The notes under the pieces are model-generated. The model searched no databases. It was not told where the DNA came from and worked only from the letters and a program-made list of their open reading frames with translations. Below, piece after piece: positions 17,252 to 27,625 of a stretch of 54,913 nucleotides of DNA. The position numbers and the translations under genes were made by a program. The DNA lies in IMG/VR virus record IMGVR_UViG_3300049489_000585, positions 1 through 54,913 of that record. One strand, written 5' to 3'. The number at the start of each line of letters is the position of its first letter. Position 1 is the first letter of the stretch. Source of the DNA: a virus (lineage: Duplodnaviria > Caudoviricetes).

Positions 17252-18734
17252 GACCCTGGCCATTCGCCCCCAGGCTGGCCCGCAGGAGCAGTTCCTCTCG
17301 TCGCCTGCCGACATCGTGATCTACGGCGGCGCGGCTGGCGGCGGCAAGTCGTGGGGCCTGCTGATGGAGCCGCTGCGCCACGTCACCACGAACCACCAGT
17401 TCGCGGCCGTCTTCTTCCGCCGCAACACCACACAGATCCGCAACCCGGGCGGCCTGTGGGACGAGAGCCGGACGCTGTACCCGCTGCTTGGCGCCAGGCC
17501 GGCCAAGGCGGTGCTCGAGTGGCGCTGGCCCTTTGGCGGGCTGGTGAAGTTCGGCCACCTCGAACACGAAAGCACCGTGTACGACTGGCAGGGCGCGCAG
17601 ATCCCGCTGATCTGCTTCGACGAGTTGACGCACTTCTCGAAGGGGCAGTTCTTCTACATGCTCAGCCGCAACCGCAGCACGTGCGGCGTGCGGCCCTACA
17701 TCCGGGCCACGACCAACCCGGACGCCGATTCCTGGGTGCGCGAGTTCATCGCATGGTGGATCGACCAGGAGACAGGCCTCGCCATCCCGGAGCGGTCTGG
17801 CGTGATCCGGTGGTTCCTGCGGTTGAATGACGCAATCATCTGGGCCGACTCGCTCGATGAGTTGGTCACGCGCTACGGGCGCGCGGACCTGCCGCATGAC
17901 CACGAGGACCAGCCGCGACCGAAGTCGGTGACCTTCATCACCGCGAAGCTGTCGGACAACAAAATCCTGTTGGCCAAGGACCCGGGCTACAAGGCAAACC
18001 TGGAGGCACAGAACGCCGTCGAACGCGCTCGGCTGCTGGGCGGCAACTGGAAGATCCGGCCAGCCGCCGGGCTGTACTTCCGCCGCGAGTGGTGCAAGGT
18101 CGTCGACGCAGCACCGGCCGACATTGAGGTGGTGCGCTACTGGGACCTGGCGGCCACCGAAAAGACCGAGAGCAACGATCCCGACTGGACCGTGGGCATC
18201 AAGCTCGGCCGGTCGCGGTCGACGCGCCGGTTCATCGTGCTGGACGCGCGCCGGATGCGGGCGGGGCCGCACAAGGTGCGCGAGGCCATCCTGAACACGG
18301 CCGAGGCCGACGGCCGGCGCGTGAAGATCCGGCTGCCGCAGGACCCTGGCCAGGCCGGCAAGGACCAGGCGCAGGAGTACGTGGCCGCGCTGTCGATGTT
18401 CGAGGCGAGGGCCCGCCGCGAGACGGGCGACAAGGTCACGCGCTTTGGGCCCTTCAGCGCGCAGTGCGAGGCCGGCAACGTCGACTTCCTGCGCGGGGGC
18501 TGGAACAGCGTCGTGTGGGACGCCCTGGAGGCCTTCCCGGAGGCGACGCACGACGACGATGCAGACGCCTGCAGCGGCGCCTACGCATCGCTGATCGGCA
18601 CGGCCGGTGACATCGATTCCGCCGGCTCAGGCGTCGCGCGCGTCAGCGCCGGCAACCAGGCCCCGCTGACCGAGAGCCACGACGGCTACGGCAGCCTGCG
18701 GCGCGAAGAGGAATCGACGGAAGGCTTCGCGTGA
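17244..18734 (+). CDS. terL: Terminase large subunit
   Basis: YGGAAGGGKS, FDELTHF, ATTNP, RYWDLA, HDDDADA. Confidence 0.95.
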   Translation: MAETLAIRPQAGPQEQFLSSPADIVIYGGAAGGGKSWGLLMEPLRHVTTNHQFAAVFFRRNTTQIRNPGGLWDESRTLYPLLGARPAKAVLEWRWPFGGLVKFGHLEHESTVYDWQGAQIPLICFDELTHFSKGQFFYMLSRNRSTCGVRPYIRATTNPDADSWVREFIAWWIDQETGLAIPERSGVIRWFLRLNDAIIWADSLDELVTRYGRADLPHDHEDQPRPKSVTFITAKLSDNKILLAKDPGYKANLEAQNAVERARLLGGNWKIRPAAGLYFRREWCKVVDAAPADIEVVRYWDLAATEKTESNDPDWTVGIKLGRSRSTRRFIVLDARRMRAGPHKVREAILNTAEADGRRVKIRLPQDPGQAGKDQAQEYVAALSMFEARARRETGDKVTRFGPFSAQCEAGNVDFLRGGWNSVVWDALEAFPEATHDDDADACSGAYASLIGTAGDIDSAGSGVARVSAGNQAPLTESHDGYGSLRREEESTEGFA

Positions 18735-18809
18735 GCACCGTTCGTGCAACTGCTGGCGGACAATTCGCGCATCGCAGCGACAACCAACCCACGGAAAGGC
18801 GGGACTGAC

Positions 18810-20375
18810 ATGGCAACCGAACAGGACACCACCCCGCCGGCGCCGCCGCTGGGCGAGATCGCGCCGATCGACGACGGCCTGTCGCCGCTGCGGCTGGACT
18901 CGCTGAAGGCCAGCGACCCGTTCATCGCGCTTCTGGAACCCACCGACTCGGTGCTGCAGAGCAAGGGCGGCATCGCGAACTTGAAGATCTACACCGAGCT
19001 GCTGCGCGACGACCAGGTGGCGTCGACCTGGGCACAGCGCCGGCTTGCGCTCACGAGCTGCGAGACCGTGGTCGAGGCCGGAGCCAAGGACGCGGCGTCA
19101 AAGCAGGCCGCGGTCGAGCTGCAGGCCGAGCTCGACGCCATCAACTGGGACGACATCACCGACAAGGCGCTGTACGCCGCCTTCTTCGGCTGGGGAGTGG
19201 CCGAAGTGATGTGGCGCCCCGAAGGCGATCGGGTGCGGTTCGATCGCATCCTGGTGCGCGACCGGGCCCGCTTCCGGTTCGACCGCGAGCGCGCGCTGCA
19301 CCTGTGGACCACCGGCAGCAGCTGGCGCCAGATGCCCGAGCGCAAGTTCTGGCCCGTGGTGTCCGGCGGCGACAACCACGACCAGCTCTACGGCCTGGGC
19401 ATCGCCAATGCGCTGTTCTGGCCGGTGTTCTTCAAGCGCAACGACATCAAGTTCTGGCTGATCTTCCTCGAGAAGTTCGGCATGCCCACGGCCATCGGCA
19501 AGATGACCGCCGGCCAGCTCGACGACCCCGAGCAGCGCAAGAAGGGCCTGGCCATGCTGCGCCAGATCGCCACCGACGCCGGCGTGCTGGTGCCGGTCAA
19601 CGACAAGGGCGAGGCCATCGTCGAGCTGCTGGAGGCCGCGCGCAGCGGCGCCGCCGACTATGAGTCGCTGCAGCGCGTGATGAACGAGGCGATCTCCAAG
19701 GTGGTCATGGGCCAGACCATGACGACCGACAACGGCGCCAGCCTGTCGCAGGCCAAGGTGCACGCAGGCGTGGCGCAGAAGATCGTGTCGGCGGACGCTG
19801 ACCTGCTGTGCGGCAGCTTCAACCAGGGCCCCGTGAAGTGGTGGACGGAGTGGAACTTCCCCGGCGCGATGCCGCCGCGGGTCTACCGCCACACCGATCC
19901 GCAGGAAGACCTGAACGCGCGGGCCGAGCGGGACGGGAAGATCAAGGCGCTGGGGTACGAGCCGACCGAGGAGTACGTGCGCGAGACCTACGGCGACGGC
20001 TGGGTCAAGTCGAAGGCGCCGGTCCAGGCGCCCGGCATGCCACCGATGGGCGCGCCAGGCGGCGATCCGAATGCCCAGTTCGCCGAGGGCGAGGTCGCAG
20101 CGCTGCAGGCCATGCGAGCGGCCAGGCGCGGCGACCAGAAGGCTCTGGCCGATGCTGCGGTGATGTTCGCCGAGCAGTACCAGACGATCATGGGCCGCCA
20201 GGTGGGGGCCATTCTTCAGGCGGCCGAGGACAGCGGCGACCCGGAGGTGTTTCGCCGCCGGCTCGACGAGCTGCTCGAGCAGCAGCCGGCGCCCGAGCTG
20301 ATCGACAAGGTCAACAGGGCCGGCATCTTCGCCCGCATGCTCGGCGCACTGCGGCAGCAGCGCCGCGCGGCCTGA
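18810..20375 (+). CDS. Portal protein (Mu gp29/DUF935-like)
   Basis: FLEKFGMP, ISKVVMGQTMTT, position after terL. Confidence 0.9.
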   Translation: MATEQDTTPPAPPLGEIAPIDDGLSPLRLDSLKASDPFIALLEPTDSVLQSKGGIANLKIYTELLRDDQVASTWAQRRLALTSCETVVEAGAKDAASKQAAVELQAELDAINWDDITDKALYAAFFGWGVAEVMWRPEGDRVRFDRILVRDRARFRFDRERALHLWTTGSSWRQMPERKFWPVVSGGDNHDQLYGLGIANALFWPVFFKRNDIKFWLIFLEKFGMPTAIGKMTAGQLDDPEQRKKGLAMLRQIATDAGVLVPVNDKGEAIVELLEAARSGAADYESLQRVMNEAISKVVMGQTMTTDNGASLSQAKVHAGVAQKIVSADADLLCGSFNQGPVKWWTEWNFPGAMPPRVYRHTDPQEDLNARAERDGKIKALGYEPTEEYVRETYGDGWVKSKAPVQAPGMPPMGAPGGDPNAQFAEGEVAALQAMRAARRGDQKALADAAVMFAEQYQTIMGRQVGAILQAAEDSGDPEVFRRRLDELLEQQPAPELIDKVNRAGIFARMLGALRQQRRAA

Positions 20376-20392
20376 GCGAGCCGGGGCCCGAC

Positions 20393-23300
20393 ATGGGAGC
20401 CCGGCACGAGCGCGTCGACTTCGTGCGCCTGGTGGAGCAGGCGCAGGACATGGCCGAGCTCGAGCAGGCGCTGGCCGAGGCGGTTCAGGCCGTGGCCACG
20501 CCGGCCGACGTGGCATCGATCCTCGACTTCCTCGAGATCCCGGCCAGCGGCGCCTTCGACGTGCCGCCCGAGCAGGCCATCGGCTACTTCAAGGCCAAGG
20601 GGCTGAAGGCCACCTTCTCCTATGCCGACATGCTGGACTACCAGCACGACCAGGCCTTCACCGTCGCCAAGATGATGGACATCGACATGCTGGGGCAGGT
20701 GCGCGCCAGCCTCGACGCGGCGATGGCCAACGGGACGGCGTTCAAGGAGTGGACCAAGGAGATCACGCCGGTGCTGCAGTCCGGCGGCTGGTGGGGCAGC
20801 AAGCAGGTGATCGACCCGCTCACGGGGCAGGAGATCGTCGCCCAGCTCGGCAGCCCGTGGCGCCTGGAGACCATCTTCCGCACCAACATGCAGACCGCCT
20901 ACGCGGCCGGCGCCTGGCAGGAGATCGTCGACCAGAAGGACCTGGCGCCACTGCTGATGTACGACGCCGTCGACGACTTCCGCACGCGGCCGCTGCACGC
21001 CTCCTGGGACCGCAAGGTGGTCGCAGTCGACTCTGTCTGGTGGCAGACCCACTACCCGCCGAACGGATACAACTGCCGCTGCGGGGTGATCCAGCTGTCG
21101 CACGACGAGGCCCGGGCCATGGGCCTGAAGGAGTCGGTGGACCCGCCGGAGGACGGCACCTACACCTGGAACAACCCGCGCACCGGCGAGAAGATGGAGA
21201 TCCCGCGCGGCCTAGACCCGGGCTTCGCGCACAACAGCGGCAAGCTGCTGCAGATGAAGAGCCAGCTGGCCAAGCTGGCGCAAGAGAAGGCGCAGGCCCT
21301 GGCCCCGGACATGGCGGCCGCGGCGAAGAAGGCGCTGGCCGATGCCGAGACGAAGAAGGTCCTTGATGGCCTGACATCCGACGCGGCCCGGGCGCAGCAG
21401 AAGGCCGCGGCCGCCGCCGGCAAGGCAGCCCTCGAGCGCGCAAAGGCACTGGCCGAAGAGAAGGCCGCGCAGTGGGCGGCCCAGCAACAGATCGACGCGA
21501 TCGCCAAGGGCAAGGAGACCGCCGGCGCTGGCGCGGCCTACAAGGTCAAGGCCCTGGCCGAGGCGAAGAAGATCACGGGCTGGGACGACCTGAAGCCGAC
21601 CGAGCAACTGAACCAGGTGCTCGACACCGCGGCCGGGTTGAAGGTCAAGGCGGACCTGTCGAAGGGCCTGTCGGCCTACAAGAACGCCATCCTGAAGGGC
21701 AAGAACCCGCCGCCGTCCGCGGTGAAGGCCTTCAAGTCGCTGGAGCCGGCCGAGGCCGATGCGTTCATCTCCAAGGTCGACGCCGAGAAGGCCGCGATCG
21801 AGAATGCCGCAGCCGACGCCGCGGCCAAGGCAGCGGCCGAAGCCGCAGCGCAGGCCCAGGCGGCAGCGCCGGTCAAGCCGGCATTCGTCGACACGCCGGA
21901 GCCGGACCCGGACACCATGGTCGTCATCGGCCGCAAGCCCAAGGGTGGCACGCCCGGCGCGCTGTACCAGGACACCGCCACCGGGCAGAAGTGGCTGGTC
22001 AAGTTCAACGGCAGCGTCGACGCGGTGAACAACGAGGTGCTGTCCTCGAAGCTGTACAACCTGGCCGGCGTCGAGGCGCCTGACCTGCACGCGATCACGA
22101 TCGACGGCAAGCCGGCCCTGGCCTCGCGCATCGTCGACGGCATCACCGAGGTGCCGGCGAAGGTGCTGGCGTCCACCCAGAGCGTCACCGAGGGCTTCGC
22201 AGTCGACGCCTGGATGGCGAACTGGGACGTCGCCGGCCTGAACTTCGACAACGTGGTGCTGGTGCAGGGCAGGGCGCTGCGCATCGACGTCGGCGGCAGC
22301 CTGCGGTATCGCGCCGTCGGCGGCCTGAAGGGGCAGGCCTTCGGCTCCAAGGTCAACGAGATCGAGAGCCTGCGCGACGGCACCAATGCCCAGGCGCGCC
22401 AGGTGTTCGGCGGCATGTCAGCGGCCGACGTCGAGCGCAGCGTCGAGAAGGTGCTGGCGGTGGCCGACGAGGACATCCGGGCCGTGGTGCTGCGCTACGG
22501 GCCGCCGGACGCTGCCGACCGTGAGGCGCTGGCCGACCTGATGATCGCCCGCAAGCGCGACCTCGAGCTGCGATTCCCGGCGGCCGCCGAGCGGGTGCGC
22601 GTGCGCCTGGGCACGGCCGAGCAGGCGCCCAGCCAGGCGGCCAAGCGGGTGACGGCTGCCGAGCAGGAGGCGGTCGATGCCTCGCGGGTCAACGGCTATG
22701 GTTTCAGCACCGACAGCGATCAGGTCGAGGACCACCAGGTCATCGTGCACGCCTTCAAGCGCGCGAACGGCGACGACGCGACTCGGGGATTCTTCAAACT
22801 CCTGCCGGGCGCATCGAATGACCTGCAGCAGGCGATCGCAGCCACCTCGCAGGACACCGCGCCGAGCGTGAACGTGGCCACCGCGCGCGACGCTGTGCTG
22901 TCGGCGGTGAAGTCGATCAACTACCGCGCCGACAAGGGCCAGAAGTTCGACGAGACCTGCATCGCCAAGGTGAAGGCGGCCCTGACCCAGGTCGACAAGC
23001 TGCTGGCCGACGTGGGCAAGATGAAGACCGGCGCCATGAAGCCGGAGACCTTGGCGTTCGTCGAGGCCGAGTTCAAGGCCTGGCGCGAAGCGCTGGCCCA
23101 GTCGCTGCCGGAGATCCAGAAGCTGGGGCCGGCCAAGAAGGTGACGAAGCTGTTCCCGGCTGGCCAGCTGCCCGACCAGGTCGACTTCCACGCGTCGGCT
23201 CGCGCCGAGAAGGTCGCAGGCCCGGCCTGGCGCCGCGTGACCGGCGAATACGCCTTCACCACCTCGAAGTTCGAGCGCAGCTTCGCAACCGAGACCGGCG

Positions 23301-24346
23301 GCCGCGCGACGGTGGCCGGCACATCGGTGCGATACGAGACCACGCTGCCCGACGGCACCACGGTGACCTACTTCCCGCATGACAGCGGCGTGGCCTGGGC
23401 GATGCAGGGCGTGGTCAAGATCGACGTGCCCGGCCGCGGCGTGGACTCGACCACAAGGGTGTTCGGGGCGATGGACGAGATCGGCCTGAAGTCGGTGCGC
23501 GCCACCGAGGTCGACCGGCAGCACCTGTACCTGAACGCCTTCGCGCGCATCGCGCTGCTGCGCAAGGGGAGCGCGCTGAAGTCCTTCGAGGCGATCACCG
23601 ACCGCACCGAGGCAGGCGTGCAGGCGAAGCTGGGCATGCTGAAGGCGGCCACCGGCCTGGATGTCGATGCCACCGAGGGCTGGCGGCAGATCGACGGCGT
23701 GCGGCAGGCCTTCGGTCACGGGCGCTCGTACCAGCTGCGGCCGGACCTGGATGCCGCCGAGATGGCCCGGCTGGACACGACGCACGTGCTCTTTCACAAC
23801 CCGCAGGGCCTGGGCACGAATGCCGGCGCCGGCGTGTTCGAGCGGCTGAAGGTCGTGATCGACGGCGGCGGCGTGTTCGCCAGCCTGACCGACCGGGTGC
23901 GCCGTGGCGTGGCCCTCTCCGGCTCATCGGTGTCGTCGGACCTGGCCAGCGGCGGGGGCGACTATCACTTCACCCGGATCAGGTCGCGCGCGCACCAGGC
24001 CGGCAGCACGGGCGTCTACTGGAAGACCTCGACCCTGCGGCGGATGGACGCGATCACCTACGAAGGCGATATGTTCGGGCGCACCACCGGGGCCAGCGTC
24101 GAAACCTATCGCCGAGGCCAGGACGTGGACAGCTTCCGGACCGTGGCCGGCACTACGTCGAACGAGACCATCTTCAAGGGCGGCATGTCGATCTTCGACG
24201 AGCTCGACCGCATCGTCCTGTCCTCGAAGGCTGAGGTCGACGAGGCGATCAAATGGATGCAGGCCAAGGGCTACAAGGCCTGGCCGGATGGCCGCCCGCT
24301 GGCAGAAGTCATCATCACGAAGGACAAGCACCGTGCAAAGCCTTGA
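20393..24346 (+). CDS. MuF/SPP1-gp7 head morphogenesis protein with long C-terminal extension (kinase-like and putative toxin domains)
   Basis: AFTVAK, RLETIFRTN, DFRTRPLH, YPPNGYNCRC in the N-terminal ~280 aa, followed by ~1000 extra aa. Confidence 0.88.
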   Translation: MGARHERVDFVRLVEQAQDMAELEQALAEAVQAVATPADVASILDFLEIPASGAFDVPPEQAIGYFKAKGLKATFSYADMLDYQHDQAFTVAKMMDIDMLGQVRASLDAAMANGTAFKEWTKEITPVLQSGGWWGSKQVIDPLTGQEIVAQLGSPWRLETIFRTNMQTAYAAGAWQEIVDQKDLAPLLMYDAVDDFRTRPLHASWDRKVVAVDSVWWQTHYPPNGYNCRCGVIQLSHDEARAMGLKESVDPPEDGTYTWNNPRTGEKMEIPRGLDPGFAHNSGKLLQMKSQLAKLAQEKAQALAPDMAAAAKKALADAETKKVLDGLTSDAARAQQKAAAAAGKAALERAKALAEEKAAQWAAQQQIDAIAKGKETAGAGAAYKVKALAEAKKITGWDDLKPTEQLNQVLDTAAGLKVKADLSKGLSAYKNAILKGKNPPPSAVKAFKSLEPAEADAFISKVDAEKAAIENAAADAAAKAAAEAAAQAQAAAPVKPAFVDTPEPDPDTMVVIGRKPKGGTPGALYQDTATGQKWLVKFNGSVDAVNNEVLSSKLYNLAGVEAPDLHAITIDGKPALASRIVDGITEVPAKVLASTQSVTEGFAVDAWMANWDVAGLNFDNVVLVQGRALRIDVGGSLRYRAVGGLKGQAFGSKVNEIESLRDGTNAQARQVFGGMSAADVERSVEKVLAVADEDIRAVVLRYGPPDAADREALADLMIARKRDLELRFPAAAERVRVRLGTAEQAPSQAAKRVTAAEQEAVDASRVNGYGFSTDSDQVEDHQVIVHAFKRANGDDATRGFFKLLPGASNDLQQAIAATSQDTAPSVNVATARDAVLSAVKSINYRADKGQKFDETCIAKVKAALTQVDKLLADVGKMKTGAMKPETLAFVEAEFKAWREALAQSLPEIQKLGPAKKVTKLFPAGQLPDQVDFHASARAEKVAGPAWRRVTGEYAFTTSKFERSFATETGGRATVAGTSVRYETTLPDGTTVTYFPHDSGVAWAMQGVVKIDVPGRGVDSTTRVFGAMDEIGLKSVRATEVDRQHLYLNAFARIALLRKGSALKSFEAITDRTEAGVQAKLGMLKAATGLDVDATEGWRQIDGVRQAFGHGRSYQLRPDLDAAEMARLDTTHVLFHNPQGLGTNAGAGVFERLKVVIDGGGVFASLTDRVRRGVALSGSSVSSDLASGGGDYHFTRIRSRAHQAGSTGVYWKTSTLRRMDAITYEGDMFGRTTGASVETYRRGQDVDSFRTVAGTTSNETIFKGGMSIFDELDRIVLSSKAEVDEAIKWMQAKGYKAWPDGRPLAEVIITKDKHRAKP

Positions 24347-24710
24347 AGAAGGCACCCGCGACTGGCCCGGCGCCACGATCGCGATCACGGAGGGCGACGA
24401 CACCATGTTCCGCCCGGCCGCGTTCGTGTTCGACGTGCCCGGCGGCGTGGCCTGGGTCGAGCCGAACTACGCGGACCCGGCCGGCGCCTCTTCGCCAGGC
24501 TTCCACGTGTGGAGAGGCGATCGCAAGGAGTGGAGCGTGTTCACCAGGCCGAACGGCAGCAGGCTGTCGGTGCTGCGCTACGACCAAGACCACCGCGACC
24601 TGATCGGCGACGCTCTCGACTGGTTCGCCGACTGGCTTAAGGCCGAGGGCCGCACCTGGGCCGAAGAACGCGAGCGAGTGCGGGCGCTGGTGGCCGACGA
24701 GCTGGTCTGA
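24333..24710 (+). CDS. Small protein overlapping MuF stop; candidate immunity protein
   Basis: GTG start with AAGGA RBS. Immunity role is inferred from position only. Confidence 0.55.
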   Translation: MQSLEEGTRDWPGATIAITEGDDTMFRPAAFVFDVPGGVAWVEPNYADPAGASSPGFHVWRGDRKEWSVFTRPNGSRLSVLRYDQDHRDLIGDALDWFADWLKAEGRTWAEERERVRALVADELV

Positions 24711-24714
24711 CGGG

Positions 24715-25056
24715 TCAGCGCAGCAGCGCGCGCTCCTGCTGCTCCCGGTTGAAGATGGACCATACCCGCATGGCGATCGACTTGCGCCACTTCGCGATGA
24801 TCGAGTCCTTGAAGTTCGGGTACTTGATCTTCGAGACCGCGCGCAGCATCGCGTGCGCGACCTCTTCACGTGGAACAACCGCGCGGAAGCGATAGTCGGC
24901 CGATGGCGTGACCTCCTCGACCACGCGCATGCCATTGGCCAGCGGGTTGAGGAAGCGCTCGACATCGCCCTTGAAGCGGCCGCGCACGATCAGCTTGCTG
25001 GCGTCGTCGCGGTGCTCGACGATGGAGACGAAGGCGGTGTTGGTGATGATCCACAT
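24715..25056 (-). CDS. Hypothetical phage protein
   Basis: MWIITNTAFVSIVEHRDD...YPNFK. Last gene of the inverted operon. Confidence 0.7.
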   Translation of the reverse strand: MWIITNTAFVSIVEHRDDASKLIVRGRFKGDVERFLNPLANGMRVVEEVTPSADYRFRAVVPREEVAHAMLRAVSKIKYPNFKDSIIAKWRKSIAMRVWSIFNREQQERALLR

Positions 25057-25058
25057 GA

Positions 25059-25283
25059 TCAGGCCTCGATGATGGTGATGGTGCCCGGCTGCAACTTGCG
25101 CAGGGCTGGGTTCTGGTGCTGGCGCGCGCACTCGATGTGCAGGTCGACCATCTGGCCGACGCGGCCGCTCTTGTCGCGCACGTGAAAGTGCGTCGTGCTG
25201 TCGAACGAGTTCGGGCCGATGAGCTCGCCGCACGCCGCGCAGGTCGGCAGGTACTTCAGAAAAGTGTCGTCGCCCACGGTCAC
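25059..25283 (-). CDS. Small zinc-finger-like protein
   Basis: CAACG...HIEC, GTGA coupling. Confidence 0.6.
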   Translation of the reverse strand: MTVGDDTFLKYLPTCAACGELIGPNSFDSTTHFHVRDKSGRVGQMVDLHIECARQHQNPALRKLQPGTITIIEA

Positions 25284-25498
25284 GCCTTCCTGCGGCGCCT
25301 GGCCGCGAGGTACTTCGGCAGCAGGGCCCGGATGGTGGTGAGGTAGCGCGGCGCCATCGCGCGGTGCGATGCGGCCGAAGGGTCGGCAAGCCAGCCTTCG
25401 ACCGCCTTGATCGACACGCCGGCGACCTCCGCGACATCGCGCTGGGTGAGGCCGCGATCGGCCATCAGCTGGCGGAGATGGTCGGCGGGCGTCGTCAC
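25280..25498 (-). CDS. XRE-family HTH regulator
   Basis: LRQLMADRGLTQRDVAEVAGVSIKAVEGWL. Confidence 0.8.
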   Translation of the reverse strand: MTTPADHLRQLMADRGLTQRDVAEVAGVSIKAVEGWLADPSAASHRAMAPRYLTTIRALLPKYLAARRRRKA

Positions 25499-26352
25499 TT
25501 CGGGGCGGGCAGCGCGCCCGGGTAATGCTTGGCGATGATCAGGTTCATCTTGTCGACCAGGTCCGGCCGCTTGAACGTGACGTGCCCGTTGCAGTTCTTG
25601 AAGGTGCGGATCGACAGATACTCGGTTTCCAGCACACCGGTCTTGCGCCCGGTCCACGTGTTGAAGCTCGCTGCCTGCAGCTGCGAGTTCACGCCCTGCC
25701 TGTGATCCGGCTCCGGCTTGCCGTCCAGCACGCACAGCACCCGCACCAGGTCGTCCAGCGAATCGCAGCGGCTGTAGCTGCCTGATCCCGTCAGGTAGGT
25801 GATCACGATCCGCTTGCCGAACTTCTGCGGCAGGTTCGTTTTGTAGTCCCAGGCCAGCGACTTGAAGCAGGCGATCACGCCACGCTCGAACATCTCGCCG
25901 CGGCTGTCGTGCAGCATCTTGAAGGTCGACCGGACGTTGGGCGCGTTCAGTTCGGGGATGTCGCCGGATCTGATCGCCTTGTCCCACTTCTCGCGGGCCG
26001 CCGCGTCCATCAGCGTGCGCAGGCCAGACTCGTGCATCAGGTACTGCCACGCGGCCGCGTCGACACCCAGGCGCACCAGCTTGTCGACCTCCGATCGGTC
26101 GGCCGCAGCATGTTCCCAGGCTGTGCCGTCGCGGCGCGCCCCTATGCGGCTGTCGCACACGCTTCGCTGGTTGCTGCCGCTGTTGTAGTCGGTGCCGATT
26201 GAGATCCGAGGCACGCCCAGGTGGGCGGTCGACGCAATCTTTGAGGCCTCGCGGATCAGGTCGATGGCGGCATTGATCCGCTCGACGACGGCCGCGCGCT
26301 GGTTCACCAGGTTCTCGATGCTGACGGATGGGACGAGGTCTGTTGTTGTCAT
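25495..26352 (-). CDS. DUF4942-family protein
   Basis: FERGVI..FKSLAWDYKTN.PQKFGKRIVI, LDDL.R..CVLDGKP, FKNCNGHVTFKRPDLV. AAGGAG RBS. Confidence 0.8.
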   Translation of the reverse strand: MTTTDLVPSVSIENLVNQRAAVVERINAAIDLIREASKIASTAHLGVPRISIGTDYNSGSNQRSVCDSRIGARRDGTAWEHAAADRSEVDKLVRLGVDAAAWQYLMHESGLRTLMDAAAREKWDKAIRSGDIPELNAPNVRSTFKMLHDSRGEMFERGVIACFKSLAWDYKTNLPQKFGKRIVITYLTGSGSYSRCDSLDDLVRVLCVLDGKPEPDHRQGVNSQLQAASFNTWTGRKTGVLETEYLSIRTFKNCNGHVTFKRPDLVDKMNLIIAKHYPGALPAPK

Positions 26353-26374
26353 TGTTGGAGTCTCCTTGCTGCGA

Positions 26375-26403
26375 ATAGTACCCCTGCAATGCAGGGTGCA
26401 CAA
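26375..26403 (-). promoter_or_regulatory. Promoter of inverted operon with palindromic operator
   Basis: TTGTGC-17-TACTAT with CCCTGCAATGCAGGG palindrome in the spacer. Confidence 0.7.
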
Positions 26404-26479
26404 GTAGACGACAAGCTGGCCGACTCGTCAAGTATTTGCACCTAGGCGCGGCGGGAAGCCCCTCCTACATTCCCGCCCC

Positions 26480-27592
26480 ATGAAGCCCTTCGAGCTTTTC
26501 AAGGCAGGCAGGCACACGGCATCGGGCGGGGCCTCGCTGTCGTTCAGTGCCGAGGATCTGCAGGCGGCCGTCGCTGCCTACGATCCTGCCGTCCACGAAG
26601 CTCCGATCGTCGTCGGCCACCCGAAGGACAACGCGCCGGCCTACGGCTGGATCAAGTCGCTGTCGTTCGCTGACGGCTCGATCACCGCCGAGCCCGCGCA
26701 GGTCGACGCCGACTTCGCCGAGATGGTCAAGGCCGGCCGCTTCAAGAAGCGCTCGGCCAGCTTCTACACTGCGGACGCGCCGAACAACCCGAAGCCCGGG
26801 TCGTACTACCTGCGCCACGTCGGCTTCCTCGGCGCGCAGCCGCCGGCCGTCAAGGGCCTGAAGGAGGTCGCCTTCTCCGATGCCGAGGAAGGCGTCGTCG
26901 AGTTCAGCGACTACGAGGCCTACGGCTTCAGCACGATCGCCGGCCTGTTCCGAGGCCTGCGCGAGTGGTTGATCGCCGAGAAGGGCGTGGACGCTGCCGA
27001 CAAGGCGATCCCGAACTACCTTATCGGATCGGTCGACGATGCAGCCAAACAGGCGGCGGACTCGGCCAAGCAAGACGCAATGGCCGGCGGCGCGATGCCG
27101 GCTTTCTCTGAAGGCGACGACATGAACATCCAGCAACTGCAGGCCGAGGTGACCCGCCTGACCGCGGAGAACACCGCCCTCAAGGCGAGCCAGCTGCCGG
27201 CCGACTTCGCCGAGCGCCAGACGAACCTGGCCGCGCGTGAAGCTGCCGTCGCCGCCGCCCAGGCGAAGGCCGACCGCGCCACCGTCGAGGCCCGGGTCGA
27301 CGCCGCCGTCAAGGCCGGCCGCCTGCTGCCTGCGCAGAAGAAGCACGCGGTCGACTTCGCGATGGCCCTGACCGATGGCGACGCCGTCATCGAGTTCGGC
27401 GAGGGCGACAAGGCCAAGAAGGTCAGCCAGCGCGAGGCCTACCTGCTGGACATCGAGTCGCGCGGCAAGGTCATCGAGTTCGGCGAGCTGTCCAGCCACA
27501 CCGACACTGGCGACGGCCGCCCACCCATCCATGCCGTGCAGCAGACCCTGGCTGATCAGGTCTTCAGCGGCGGCAAGAAGGCCGCTGCCTGA
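26480..27592 (+). CDS. Mu gpI-like prohead protease/scaffold
   Basis: APIVVGHP, PAYGW, KKRSASFY, HVGFLGAQPPAVKGL, coiled-coil C-terminus. Confidence 0.88.
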   Translation: MKPFELFKAGRHTASGGASLSFSAEDLQAAVAAYDPAVHEAPIVVGHPKDNAPAYGWIKSLSFADGSITAEPAQVDADFAEMVKAGRFKKRSASFYTADAPNNPKPGSYYLRHVGFLGAQPPAVKGLKEVAFSDAEEGVVEFSDYEAYGFSTIAGLFRGLREWLIAEKGVDAADKAIPNYLIGSVDDAAKQAADSAKQDAMAGGAMPAFSEGDDMNIQQLQAEVTRLTAENTALKASQLPADFAERQTNLAAREAAVAAAQAKADRATVEARVDAAVKAGRLLPAQKKHAVDFAMALTDGDAVIEFGEGDKAKKVSQREAYLLDIESRGKVIEFGELSSHTDTGDGRPPIHAVQQTLADQVFSGGKKAAA

Positions 27593-27625
27593 CCAGCGCA
27601 CCCCAACTGACGAGGTACACCGACC

